Assembly: GCA_009914755.4 (NCBI GenBank)
Contig: CP068257.2
Location: forward strand, 32,576,001-32,640,000
Length of the DNA stretch: 64,000 bases
Source: the human T2T-CHM13v2.0 reference genome, Homo sapiens
Reading direction: 5' to 3'
Position 1 is the stretch's first letter; every line of letters begins with the position of its first letter. Positions 1-13,839 of this stretch are shown piece after piece. Made by a program: the position numbers and the translations under genes. The notes under the pieces were generated by a model that saw only the letters and a list, made by a program, of their open reading frames with translations, was not told the DNA's origin and ran no database searches.

Positions 1-1588
1 TGAAAATGGACTAATACAGACAGGCATCTTGGTCAGGTTGCTTGGGTTGGGTGCCTTGGTTCCCACTTTGGGTGTTCCCCAGACCCTCTGAGTCTCCACA
101 GCTGCTCCTGATGTTGCCTGGCTCCGGATTCTTCCTCCCTTCCTTCCCCTTCTCCTCTCATCTCCCAGGCCTTTGGCATAATCTCATCCAGGAATTTAGT
201 TTTTACCAAAGCCAGGAAGAATCTTTTCAGCCAGCTGAAATCCCTAAGGTCAGGAAGTGTGAAGCTGGGCCACTAGCCAGGATTTGATGTGGGTGAGAAT
301 AAAGAGAACTGAACCCAGATTAGTATTTTAACAGAGGGTCCTACAAGGCCTTGAGAGCGTGACACTTTCCCCAGGTGCCCACCATCAGGGATCATTGTTT
401 CTGCCTCCTGGGCTCCTCCAGGCTCTCACCTCTGTCTAGGTCATCGCTTTGGAGGTACTGGGCTTTCTTGGCCCCTCCCCAAACTTTAACCCGTTTAAGG
501 CAGCCGTCACTTTTTGCAGGGCCTCCAAGCTCACTCAGAAATCTTGTGTTGAATGGTGCAGAGCTAAGTTGTTCACTCTGCAGTATCATATTAGAAGAGA
601 TTTGGTTTACCCTGAATCCACTCTGACGACGTTTGTTCGTTTGACCTTCAGGTGTGCAAGTTGGTTGTCTTCAGGGAAGAGAGCAGTTCTCACTCAACAA
701 TCAGACATAACTCTGTCTTATAACAAAATTGCACCCATGGAGCGTCTAGGAACTCCCTACCCAAAGTGTGGTCTGTGGGCCAGCAGCACCTGCGTCATCT
801 GGGAACTTGTAAGAAATGGGATTCTTAGCAGATCCCAGACCCTGCTGCATCAGAACCTGCATTTTAATGAGATCCCAGGTGATTTGTGTACCTGTGAAAA
901 TGTAAGAAGCCCCACTCCAGGGCATACACATCCCACTGATAGGAATGGAATCAGGACTATTACATATTTTGGAAATATTTTTAAACAATTAAGAAAAAAG
1001 TGATAAAAAATTTCCTTATTAAATTAGCAAAGATCCAAAATGAAAGATTATCCCAATATTTTTGTTAAATAGATACTTTTTTTGTTAGACACTGCTGGTG
1101 GGAATATAAATACAATGTTTCTTAGTATAATGTTTCTAAAGGGCAAATTGTTAGAGAAGTCTGAGAACAAATGCTCTGCCTTTTTTAAGAATTGACAGAT
1201 AAAATGGTATGTATTTTTCATGTACAACATGATGTTTTAAAGTATTTGCACATTGTGGAATGGTTAAATTTAGCCAGTTACCTCACAGAGGTTTTTTTGT
1301 GTGTGAAAACACTTAATATCCACTTTCTTTGCATTTTTCAAGAATACAGTATATTGTCACGAACTGTAATCCCCATGCTGCAGGACAGAGCTCTTGAACT
1401 TATTCCTCCTATGTAATTGCAATTACATATCCTTTGACCAACAGCTCTTTAGAGGAGCAATTTCCTTTCTGTGACTTGATCTTAAGGAAAAAATTAACTT
1501 GTGATGTAGCTCCAAGGATATGGGGAAAAGGATTTTCATGACAAAGGTTTATTTGTTTTTCTAATCTTTTCTTCTTCCTTACTAACAG

Positions 1589-1648
1589 AACCCCAGGTTT
1601 GTGGCGGGACGGGGGCAATGCAATCCACATGTTCTGGGCGCTTTGCAG
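1589..1648 (+). other. Candidate 60-nt cassette exon (speculative); nearby old-repeat fragments lower its credibility
   Basis: Long polypyrimidine tract ttatttgtttttctaatcttttcttcttccttactaacAG directly precedes it; strong donor cttgcagGTAAGG at 1649. Length is a multiple of 3 and all three frames are open. Nothing supports transcription. Confidence 0.2.
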
Positions 1649-2145
1649 GTAAGGGTGGCCAATGAGATGTAAGCAGAAGTCACTGGGAGATACCAGGCAG
1701 GAAAACGCTTTCTCAGGGGAATCCACTCAGTTACGAGCATCCTCTGACCTATAATTCCGCACCCCTCTCCCCCTTTGTCCTGCTCTGGAGTCCCAGTGGC
1801 CTGTTGGAGATGACCATTACCCAACAACCGATGTCAATGCAGCCTCCTTCCAGACTTTTTATTTTATATATATTTAAAAAAATCTAATTTGTCCAAGTCA
1901 GTCTTTCAGGAGTTTGATATTTGCAGGTGAGCACAACTCCTTACTTGCACACAACCTATATATCCAAAAATAGGGGCTTGACGAATACATTGTCATTTAT
2001 CCACACAATGAAATGCTATACAGCATTAAAAAATCATGCAGAACTGTGGTTTCAAATTATTTCTAGTAAAGGACACCTCCACTTTTTCATAATCAGTCTT
2101 TCTAGAATCCCAGTGTACAGAACTGTTTAGAAGTAGAGCTCTCCC

Positions 2146-2410
2146 ACTTTGGGAGGCTGAGGCAGGCGGATCACTTGAGGTTGGGAGTTCCGGACCAGCC
2201 TGGCCAACATGGTGAAACCCGGTCTCTACTAAAAATGCAAAAACAAGCTGGGTGTGGTGGCAGGCACCTGTGGTCCCGCTGCTCTGGAGGCTGAGGCATA
2301 AGAGTAGCTTGAACCCAAGAGGCGGAGGTTGCAGAGAGCAGGGATTGCAGCACTGCACTACAGCCTGGTGACAGAGCAAGACTGTGTCTCAAAAAAGAAA
2401 AAAAAAAAAG
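2146..2410 (+). mobile_element. Alu SINE, 5'-truncated (~35 bp missing), with A-rich tail
   Basis: Matches Alu consensus from cactttgggaggctgaggcaggcggatcac through ctgcactacagcctggtgacagagcaagactgtgtctc, then poly(A). Confidence 0.85.
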
Positions 2411-3663
2411 AAAGGATATTAAAGTCATTAAGGTCCTTGAAAATGGCTATAACAACAACAAAAAAAATGTGACTTACAAAAAGAAACCTACAGACTTGTC
2501 AACCAAATGTAACGTGTGAACTCTGGATCCTACTCTGTATATTGACCAAATATCTGACGATTTGAAGAACTCTTTGGGAATTTTATTTTATTTTCTAAAT
2601 TTGTTTGTTACTGGGGCTTGTTTCTCCAAGAATTTTTTTTTGTAACTTAAATAAAAAATAAAATAAAGTAATGCTCTTCTAGGTTGACTTGGGAGTAGGG
2701 ACTTATCATCTCTTCCTTCCATCTGCAAAATGTCCTCTCCCCTCTGTAGGGGCCCTGAAATACCTTCACAGGTCTCCAGAATTTGGTAAAACTATAGAAC
2801 ACAGTTTGAAATGCATTATTATATAATTATCTCTTAATCTACAGGGAGAAAAAAAGCTCATGAGATCTTAAGCAAACAGCTTACTAGTTGAATTATGATA
2901 CGATCCGATTTTATGTTTAAGAATATATATATATATATAGAAATATTAATTTTCCCAGGCTTCAACACTCTTTGGGAAAAATGAAGTTACATTCATCGTC
3001 ATTACTCAAATTCCCCTGGTTGGTGGACTCCATTTGCAGAACAGCAGCACTTTCTTCCTCTGTCTCTCTAGTTATTCCTGAAGGGCCTTAGGGGTGTTTC
3101 CCATGTGTCAGGAGCATGAACCCTCAAATTCTCTCCCTGGCTTCATGGTTCCTATGGCCTACTGAGGTGTCTGAGGACAATCCAGTCCCTGCTGGTGCCC
3201 TGGAAGGGGACACCATCCGGCCAGCATTCCCACCTGTCCCGCATATGCCTCGGTCCTGCAAGGGGTCAGGCCGTGCCACTTTCTGCGAAGAACCAGGAGG
3301 ATAAACAATATTTCATGGGGCTGAGCTGTAGCTCAGGGACAGCCTGGGTACCAGAGGCCATGCCAGTAGTCATGCTTTCTTCCTTGTTGCTAGTCCTATC
3401 TGGCTCCATGCATCCATGCACCTAGCTTCAACCTCCCAGACTTTCTCCACCTTCACCTTCAAACGAGCTGCTGTGGGAGGCGGGGGTCCCCTCCCCCATC
3501 CTGTGTGTGTATGTGTATATGTAAATTGGAACTTAAAAATTTAATAGTAGTTTCTGAATGGCAAGATTGGGATGCTTAAATTTTTCCTATTTTTTTTTCC
3601 TGCATAATTGTAATTTTAAAAATTTCTACAATAAACATGTATCACTTGTATTTTTTAAAAATA

Positions 3664-3902
3664 GAGGCTGATATGGGATAATTGCTTGAAGCCAGGAGTT
3701 CAGCAAGACCAGCCTAAGCAACATAATGAGACACCCCCGCAACTTCTCTAAAAATTTTTTAAGATTAGCCAAGCATGGTGGTACGTGTCTGTAGTTCCAG
3801 CTATTCAAGAGGCTCAGGTGGGAGGATCACTTGAGCTCAGGAGTGGACTCAGTGACTGCTATGACTGTGCCACTGCACTCCAGCCCAGGTAACAGAAAAA
3901 AT
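3664..3902 (+). mobile_element. Old, diverged Alu (AluJ-like), 5'-truncated
   Basis: gaggctgatatgggataattgcttgaagccaggagttcagcaagaccagcc ... ccactgcactccagcccaggtaacagaaaaaa aligns to Alu consensus with many substitutions. Confidence 0.7.
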
Positions 3903-5573
3903 GAAGTCACCCCATCTCTGGAAAAAAAAATTGGGATGCACCTGAAATCAGTTCTGACTCTGATCTCTGAATCTTAATCCATTTAACTGCGAGTTTCCTG
4001 CCATCCAACTTAAAGTATTTTCCCTGTGTCAGTGTTGGAGGGGTGGAAGTGGGAGTGGGCAGAGGACAGTGTATGTGTGTGTGTTGAGAGGAGGAGGAAA
4101 TACTATAGACATTGAAAAATCACGTAGAACTATAGCTTCAAAGTATTTCTAGTAGAGGACACCTTTCCTTTTTTGTATTGTCCTTCATAGAATACCAGTA
4201 TTTACCTACTGTGAACAGCTAATAAGATGTGTGTATGGAAGACTGAAGACAGTCTGAAGATGCATCTCAACAAGGCCTAAGTCTCCCTTCCTCTGGGACT
4301 GTCCGGAGTGCTAGTTCACTGGGCTCCTTGCTCTGAGGCTGGTGGGAACTGGATTTCAGGACACAGGCTGACCACACAGGGAGCTGTACTGCAGCCCTTC
4401 CAACTGGGACTCCCCTCGGTTCTCACACTGTGGCAGTAGTGGGTTGGGAGGCTCCAGGCACGGGGAGGGTAGTAGGATGATGAGGATGGTGGTTGATATG
4501 ACAAAGGACGAGTATGGGTTTCACCACAGAAAACCACACAATGTCCTAATTCCTATTAACTTCTGCACCTTGCAGGCCTTTCTTTAGCTGCTAAAGGCTG
4601 TCGGTCTTTGCTGATTTGCAGAAAGGTGCACGCTCATGATGAGGTTTTCAATTCAGGTGGGAACTAGACGAGCAGGTAAGGGCCGCCTGCACGGAGGGTC
4701 CTTGTCTCTGTGGAGTTTACGGCATTCGTGGTTTTCCTCGGAAGGAGCTGCTTGTGTGGTGAATTCTGCTTTGAGAACTGGACTTTCCAAGTGCTCCCAT
4801 GGCAGGGGACAACATTTCAGAGCTCCCTTTTCACTGTTACAACAAAAGAAGGCTCTTCCTGTGTCCGGTGAGACCCCTGAAATACGAGTCATCCCCACTC
4901 CTGACCCACTCCCAATACCTACCAGCTGCTCCTTGCTTTAGTTTTAGAATATCCCTTTTGACCTTCTCTCTCCCTTTTTGTCACTGTCGTTTGACCCTGA
5001 GTTTCCCCTGCCCACATCCTGCCTACAGTGCTTCATGTTGCTTTAAATGACTTCACAGCCCCTTGCTCCTTTAAGTGATCTAAGCTGAGCTGGGTTAGCA
5101 GGGCCACTTTCTGTGTAGCAAGGGGACGTCTAAAGGCTGCAGCCCAGCTTGGTTAGCTGCTCTAAGGGGACTCCAGTCTTCCTCACCCCACCAGGTGCCC
5201 CAAAGAGCAAAACCAATGTTTCTTTTCATCCATCACCTTTTCCTCAACAACACCAGCTAACATTTGTTAAGCACTTACTCTCTTTCTGGCCCATGTGTTT
5301 ATGAGCCTAATCCTGACTGCAGCCCTGTGTGGTAGGTGCTTCAGTAAGCCCCATTTGTTAGATAAGAAAATTGACTCCTGGCCGAGGTGCCCCATATGGA
5401 AGGTGGTAGAGCTGGGGCAGATTCCAGCCCAGGCGCCTGGCTCTTGGCATGAGCAGCCTACCATAGCACCAGTTCTGTGGTTCTTCCCTCTGAGAAGCCT
5501 GTATTGAATTGCTTTTCTTTAAGTTGTATTTTGTGTTTAGTTGAAGTGCCCAATCCTCCCATTCAGTTTTCAG

Positions 5574-5734
5574 GGGAGGCAGGTGTGGTGGTGGTGCACA
5601 CCTGTAGCCCTAGCTACTCTGGAGGCTGACGTGGGAGGATTGCTTGAGCCTAGTGAGCCGTGATTGCAGCTCTGCACTGCACTGCACTGGCAGGGTCGCA
5701 GCAAGATCCTGTCTCCAAAAAAAAAAAAAAAAAA
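5574..5734 (+). mobile_element. Alu right-monomer fragment with poly(A) tail
   Basis: ggcaggtgtggtggtggtgcacacctgtagccctagctactctggaggctgacgtgggaggattgcttgagcc ... gtctccaaaaaaaaaaaaaaaaaa. Confidence 0.7.
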
Positions 5735-5990
5735 GTTTTAAGTGGTTTTCATGGTGCCTCAAGGCTCTTCTGCCTGTAGGACTGACTGCTGTGCAGGGCT
5801 CTGGCCCTGGAGTTTAGATTAACAGCAGGAAGCCTCTTGTTTACATGGATCCACATGGCTGCAGCTTCCTAGCCAAGGGACCTCAGGACAGTACAAGGTT
5901 CTGTTCCTGGTTGACGCTCCAGTTGGTGCTGGGTGGGCCTCAGGTTGCCTCAGTTTTAGCTGTATGTTTGAAAAAGTGATGCCCTAATGA

Positions 5991-6284
<294 letters not shown>

Positions 6285-6887
6285 TAGCCCCGTTAAAAAG
6301 TTTTTTATCGAGATGAAATTCACATAACATAAAAGTAACCATTTTAAAGCATGCACAATCCAGTGGCACTTAGTACCTTCACAGTGTCATGCAGCCAGCT
6401 CCTCTATCTGGTTCTAAAACATTTTCATCACCCCCAGAGGAAACCCCATGCCCATTAAGCAGTGACTTCCTATTCTCCCTGCCCCCAGCCCCTGGCAACC
6501 ACCAGCTGTGTTCTGTCTCTGTGGATTTACGTGTTCTGGATATGTCACGTAAATGGAATCACAATATTTCATCACATATTGTGTGTGGCCTTTTGTGTCT
6601 GTTTTTATCACTTAGCATGTTTTCCAGATTCATCCATGTTGTAGCAAGTGTCGTAATTTCCTTCCTTTTTTATGGTTGGGTAATATTGCATTTTCTTCAT
6701 TCGTTGATGGACACTTGGATTGTTTCCACTTTTGGCTCTTGTGAATAATTCTGCCTTGAACATTTGTGCACAAGTATCGTTTTGGGTACTTGTTCTTAAT
6801 TCTTTTGGGTATATGACTAGGAGTGGAATTGCTGGCTCATAGGGTAATTCTCCATTTACCTTTTGAGGATTTATTAGCCTCTTTTTA

Positions 6888-7313
<426 letters not shown>

Positions 7314-7899
7314 CTACCTTCATTCAAGGGCCCTGACTGCCGGGAACAGCGTTCATTCACTCATCAAACATCTTGTGAGGGCCAGGGCTGCCTTTGTGGC
7401 AGATTTAACCATAGCTTTCAGAAAGGAGCTTCCTAATGCAGTCACTCCAGGAGCAAATAAAACAAGGGGCTATTTTAAATCAAAAATCAACACGACTGGC
7501 TCACACATAAATTCCATTAAGCCAACACTCTATTTGAACACGCTGCTGAGCCAGGCGTCTTGTCTTGCTGCATCTTTTAACTTGAAGGTGGGCATTTCAG
7601 CCTGCACAATAAGGTCCACTCCCCTTAGTTCTAATTTCCTGCCACCTTCTGCATTTCTTGTTCGACCCTGGGGGTGGGGGAGTACTGACTTGGTCCTGAA
7701 TCACTGTCGCGATTGGGATCTGTGAAAGTCACTGCAGAAAGATAATTTAAGGGGTTAAATGTCAGGGACAGGAGAGAGTAAGGTCCTGGTTTTAGTTCCG
7801 GCTTAACTGGGGGATGAGGGAGATTAAGAGGAGGTGAGGGAGGGGGCAGGGTTTAGCTTGATAATCTTATTTTGCAGTGGTTTCTGGGGGGATTTTACG

Positions 7900-8473
7900 A
7901 TGAAGAGGTAAATTCTAAGGTTTGCTGTCGACTGTTTCCAGCTCCCTGGCGCACTTTCCGTGCAGCGAGGGGACGTCCAAAGGCTGCAGCAGAGCTGGGT
8001 TAGAAAACAGGCTCCCACCCGCCCTCTACTCCCCTCCCTGGCCCCGCTGACCTGATTAATCAGAGCCCTGCAAAGCCCACTGAGGAGGGCTCCTGGCTAA
8101 TCTCATCTCCGCACCCACGCGGGGACAGACACCTCCGCTCGGCCAATGAGACGCAATTCTGCAAACTCGGCTGAGCGGTGGAAAATTCCATGCTCTCGGC
8201 GCTGCCCTCGGTGGCGGCCCCTGGCGGGATCGCGCGCTCGGAATGCCGCAGCCCGGCCGCCGAGTGGCCACCAGCTGGGGAAGAGCTGAGCGAAACCGCC
8301 CCGGGGTCCAGGCGTTTTGCCACGAGTCGCCGTGCGACAAGTTGGGGTCTCCCTTGTTCTCCCACCTCTCTGCACCAAAAGCTCTTGAAGCAAATTAAAG
8401 AAAGCAGGCGATGCTTGTATCATTGCGGAGTGGGGAATGGAGCTGGGGGACAAATGGTGACATTCTCCCTCCC

Positions 8474-8540
<67 letters not shown>

Positions 8541-9010
8541 AAGAGGCCACAGTCCTCCACCCCCACGCTTGCCCACCCAAGTTATAAATCCTGCCTGTAA
8601 TTGTCCCCCTGCCTCCACCAGGCTTTCAACCCAGAAATCGTGGGGGAGAATGAAGGAGGCACCTTTCTAGATCAATCCACCTATGAACTATGGTGCCCTT
8701 TTAGAAGTGGCCGGTGGGTCCTAGAGAGCAAAGGGTGATGAGTTCGCAAAGGTGGACGAAGGAGACCAAGACCAGCAGTCAAAACCAATGGAGCAAGACC
8801 GGTGCCATGATTCAGAGACGCACAGAAAATTCCAGGGCCACCGAGAAGGGACACGTTGCGCATTCTGCCAGCGCAGGGGAGGAGGGGATGGAGGCGAGAT
8901 GGAGGACAGGACTTTGCCAGCCAGGGAAGGGGGAGGCGCCCCGAGCCTGCGTTCCAGTCCCCGGAGCTGGGGCCGCAGCTTTTCCGCGAGGTTGGTCTGT
9001 GTTAGGAAAT
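7900..9010. promoter_or_regulatory. CpG island, probably a TATA-less promoter of an unidentified transcript
   Basis: About 30 CpG dinucleotides in the 260 bp at 8100-8360, with no CpG depletion. Contains a CCAAT box (ggccaatgag ~8141), GC boxes (ccgccc ~8019, ccgcccc ~8298) and an E-box cagctg. Flanking sequence is CpG-poor. Confidence 0.65.
8479..8545. repeat. Compound microsatellite (GT)22(GA)12 inside the CpG island
   Basis: gtgtgtgt...gtgagagagagagagagagaaagag read directly. Confidence 0.95.
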
Positions 9011-9394
9011 CCTATCTTTCTTAACTCTGTGTGAATTATGGCAATACCTCCCTGTTATTTCAGAGGATCCAGGCCTGTTTCTGCTCCTTGCAAATGTGAA
9101 AGACCCTGGTGAACGCAGTCCAAAAATTTAGAATGCGACCTGGTGCACAGCGCTCAGCTCGAGGAGACTTACAATGGTTTCTTCTGCCATCTGCATCGGG
9201 CAGGGGTGGGGAACTGTGGGCCCCAAGCTATCTGGGAGGAGGGAAGAGAAAGAAAGGGGGAAATACAGGTTCTTGAAACAAAGTAGGAAGCTTCAGCAAG
9301 AATCCACGGAGAAGCCCTGAGGTTGAGTCTAAAGCCCTGAGGTTTAGTAAACAAAGCCCAGCACATGGGACCTGAAACCTGGATGCCCCGGTTC

Positions 9395-9480
9395 TGCTAG
9401 TGACCAGTTGAAGGTCCTGGGGAAATCTCACCCTTCAGAGTCTTAGTTTTCGCCTCTGTAAAATCAAGGTCATAACCATT
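9395..9480 (+). mobile_element. MIR SINE core fragment
   Basis: cttagttttcgcctctgtaaaatcaaggtcataaccatt resembles MIR core cctcagtttcctcatctgtaaaatggggataataatacc. Confidence 0.45.
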
Positions 9481-11496
9481 TCTGCCCCATCTAATCGAGT
9501 AAGGTCTTTAGTGAGACCCAAATAAAATAAAACTACGTCTATGAAACAGTAAAGAAGTATAGGGAACTGTTTTTCATCCATGTGCACAAGCAATGTAAAA
9601 TCTATGTTGTTTTAATTCGATTAACTTCAAGAAAGAGCCCCAGCTAAATTAATCAATCAATACATATATTAATATATTCAGTAAATATTTGTTGAGCACC
9701 TACTCAAGGCCCTGGAGGGCCTTGTTGAACCCTCCAGGCCCTGTTCTGTGCCTGGAGGGATACACAGCTGAACAAAACACAAAAAGCTCTGCTCTTAGAA
9801 AGCTTAGATTGGAGGAGACCGGTGATAAAATAAATAGGAAAAATCTTTTTTTTTTTTTTCCTGTTTAGGCAGTGGTAAGTGATATAGAGAAAAAGAAAGC
9901 AGGAAAGGGGGATGGGGAAATGCGGGGTGAGAGTGCTTTAGAATAGGGTGATGAGGAGGCCTCATGGAGAAGATACTCTTTGAGCAGAGACCTGACAGGG
10001 AGATGGGGGGGTGAGCTCCATGGATTTCTAGGGGAAGAACATTCTAGAAGTGGGCAGCCAGCAAGTGCAGTGGGTCTGAGGGGAGACGGTGGCCTTTCCT
10101 GTTGGAGGAACAGGAAGGCCGGCACTGTCCTTGGAGGGGTATGAGTGCCAGGGTCAGAGGCTGATGGGGGGGCAGGTCCGGATAGAGTTTGTAGGGCCTT
10201 GAAGGTGACCTGAAGGGCCGACTTTTGCAGTGAGTGTTCCTGACAGCTGGGGGGGGGCACGACTGAAGCTCTGCCTTGGGTCTTACCTGGCCGTAAGGCA
10301 ACTCCATTTTTAGCTTGGATCCTGGCAGGCAACCAACAAGCATTTATTGCAGGGCTGGCTGTGTGTTCTCGGCTGCGCTGGGAGCTCTGTGAATATCCGG
10401 AGATATAACAGGGATCCTTAGCTTTGGGGAGGCCACAGACTTGCTGTGAATAGAATTTAGCTGCAAAAGGCAGTTAGTGACCAATGCAAGACTATTCGTG
10501 TCACTCGCTGCATTGTGTGGAGGGCCTAGAAGCATGAGGGAGGCTGGGGTTTTGGGAACCCCAGGGGCAACCGGGACTATGCTGGGATCATGGTAGGTGC
10601 TTTACTTGTTTGCGAACAGACTGAGTGATTCTGAGTTGCATACTCAGGGAGCTCTTTGTGGCTAATTAAGTCCTTTTCCTACCCAGGCCCAGGTGGCCAG
10701 CAGCCCCTGGCAGCCGCGCACATGCTGCTCAGTGTTGCCAGCGCACAGCAGGGGCTGCTGCAGATGGTCCTCCAGCCACAGGGTGATAAAAGGCCTCCTG
10801 AAGAAGTAAATGACCCTGCTGGTTGCTGTGTGGAATGTTTCCCCCAGGGAAATTAAAAAATGGAATCCAGTGTCCAGGCCTCAGTCTCATGTCTTTAATA
10901 GGCTAGTCAAGATCCTGGGGCCAGGGCCTGGGGGCAGCTTCTTCCTGCTGGAGAGGCCAGTTTCCTTTCCCAGTCTCTGACCCTTCTCGGTTTTGGAATC
11001 CTGCTTGAGACCTCTCAACTCTCACCAGGCGAGGAGGGTGATCTGGGGTAGAGAAATGACATGAAGTCATTTCAGAAAATCCCACAATGCCTCATCACCC
11101 AGAATCCTTTGCGGAGCTGGCTGGCCGGCCCTGGGCTCCCTTTCAGCTGCTCTAGAATGTAGCAATGGTGGGCTCCTTTGGGGGCCATCTAGAAGCACCC
11201 TGCCCCTGGGCACCTGCCTCCTCACTGGAGGAGACCAGAGGCCACGTCCCAGCCCTGTGCTTCCAGCTCTGGAACTGCCCTTGACTTCACTGGACAGGCC
11301 TGAGCAAGTCGTGTAACCTTCAGGGACTCAGCTATGCCCACTCCAGGCTCTGTGAAACCAAGACAACCTCACGTGCTCAGTTCCTCAGCTCTGCAGGAGC
11401 CAGGCTGCTCTGGGGTAAGGAAAGGGAGAGAGAGGGATATTGTCCTATGCTTCCTTCACATAGCTGAACGTTTTATTTATTTAACTTTTTGGATAA

Positions 11497-11922
<426 letters not shown>

Positions 11923-12249
11923 TAGCCACTGTTATTAATTTGTTGTTTATCCTTCTAGAGTTTTGTGGGATTTTTGCACATACAAGCACATGGAATATGT
12001 TCTTCCCCCACTCCCAACTCTTTTTCTACTTGATTGCTAATACACAGTACAGTGTTCCTTACCTCACTGTTTTCAGTTGACAGTGCATCTTAGAGATCTT
12101 TTCATCATAGTACATAAACCATTTCCTCATTTTTCTTTACTAGTGCTTCTTGCTGTCTAAAATATGCCCAAACAATCCCCTAGAAATGGACATTTAAGTT
12201 GTCTGCAGTATTTTGCTTTCAAACAATGCTGCTGTGGACAACTGCAATT

Positions 12250-13790
12250 CTTCGTTCAGCACACAATTATGTTTATGCATAAGGTAAATTCCTAGAAGTG
12301 AAACTGCTGAGTCAAAGGGTAAATGCATCTCTAATGTGGACAGATGTTGCCAAATTAGCCTTTACAGGGGGTATGCCAATTTATGCTCTCAGCAGCAATG
12401 TATCAGAGAGAGTGCCTATGTTTCAAAGCTTACCAACAGACTTGGCTTTTAAACTTTTGGATTTTTGCCATTCGATAAATTTGAAAAAACCAGTATGGTT
12501 TTAATTTGTATGTTTCTCATTGTGAGCTCTCCATATCCATGCCCACTTTTCTATTGGTTTGTTTGCCTTTTGACTCATCAATTTGCAGAAGCTTATTATA
12601 TACTAGGGAAATTAATCCTTTGTGATGTGAGTTACACATCTTCCTCATTTTGTCATTTGTTACTGATTTTGCTTAGGGTGTTTTTTTTTTCTTTTTCAAT
12701 TGCTTTTTGCCATGCAAAAGCTTTTGGTTTTCATGCAGTTGAAATTATTCACCATTTATTTCGTGGCTTCTAGATTTTGAGTTGTAGTTAGCAAGGCCTT
12801 CCTCATGCTCCCATTTTTGTTTTAGTATTATGTTTTTTCTTTTTACATTTAAATCTTTGACCCAGTCAGAATTTATTCTACTATAAATGTGAAGCCCATA
12901 TTCAAAATCCAAAAGTGGTGGTTATCAACACCATTTATTGAATAATCTGTCTTTTCCCCATGTAGTTGAGTGCCATCTTAATCCTAAACAAAATCATTGC
13001 ATGATTTGGATGTTTTCCAGGGTTTCAATTCTGTGCTATATGTCCGTCTAATAAGTAATATGCCACTACTATGTTTTAATTGTTGAAGATTTTAAATATA
13101 TTTTAATATATAGTATAACTTCCTCATTTATTTTATCAGAAATAGCTGGTCTATTCTTATTTTTCCATGTAAAATTTAGAATCACTTTGTATAGATAAAA
13201 ACTTCTTTTACTGGGATAACAGTTATATGTTAACATTTATAAGTTAAGGGAAATTGACATCCCTACGAAGCTAAGTCTTCCTAAGAACATGATGGGGATT
13301 TTTATTTTTCAAGTCTTTTTGTTGTTGTTCTGAGTGTTTAAAAGATTTCTTAATGTCAGTTTCCATGTTTCTTTTAAACTTATTTTTAAATATTTTATCT
13401 TTGTTAGTGCTTTCGTAAATGAAGTCTTTTCTCCCATTATATTGTCTAACTGAATTTGTTTCTAACATATAAACAAAAGCTATTGATTTCTATTAATTTT
13501 ACATATCCTGCTCTCCTATTGAATTTTCTTCATGATTCCATAGTTGTTTTCACTTATTTATCTTGTTTTTTCAAAGCATAAGCCAAATCGCCTGCAAATA
13601 GTGATAGTTTTACCTCCTTCTATCCATTTTTTATATTTTTGATTTTGTTCTCTTTCTAATTGTGTTGGCTAATATCTCAAGTACAAAATTAAATAACAAC
13701 ATGATAGTGAGAAAATGCTTGTCTCATTCCTGACTTAAGGGTAAAAGCTTTTAGTATTTCTTGATTAAGCATACTTTTTGTTTTTGAGTT
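12250..13790 (-). mobile_element. Old L1 (L1M-like) internal fragment in antisense orientation (tentative)
   Basis: AT-rich, T-rich on the + strand, with segments resembling antisense L1 ORF2, e.g. ttatcaacaccatttattgaataatctgtcttttccccatgtagttgag. No intact ORF. Confidence 0.4.
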
Positions 13791-13793
13791 TAA

Positions 13794-13796
<3 letters not shown>

Positions 13797-13838
<42 letters not shown>
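13797..13838. repeat. (CA)21 microsatellite
   Basis: cacacaca... read directly. Confidence 0.95.

Positions 13839-13839
<1 letters not shown>

Noticed and set aside
8000-9000. Search for a TATA box or an ATG-initiated exon with a downstream GT donor inside the CpG island
   Set aside because: No TATAAA-like element is present. ATG codons at 8178, 8714 and 8752 open frames that yield no recognisable protein and have no convincing donor site. The first exon and the direction of transcription cannot be assigned from sequence alone.
10130-10262. Poly-G runs (G7 at ~10155, G9 at ~10250) as potential G-quadruplex elements
   Set aside because: Two isolated G-runs ~90 bp apart do not meet the usual four-tract G4 pattern. 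They are more likely simple homopolymer slippage products.
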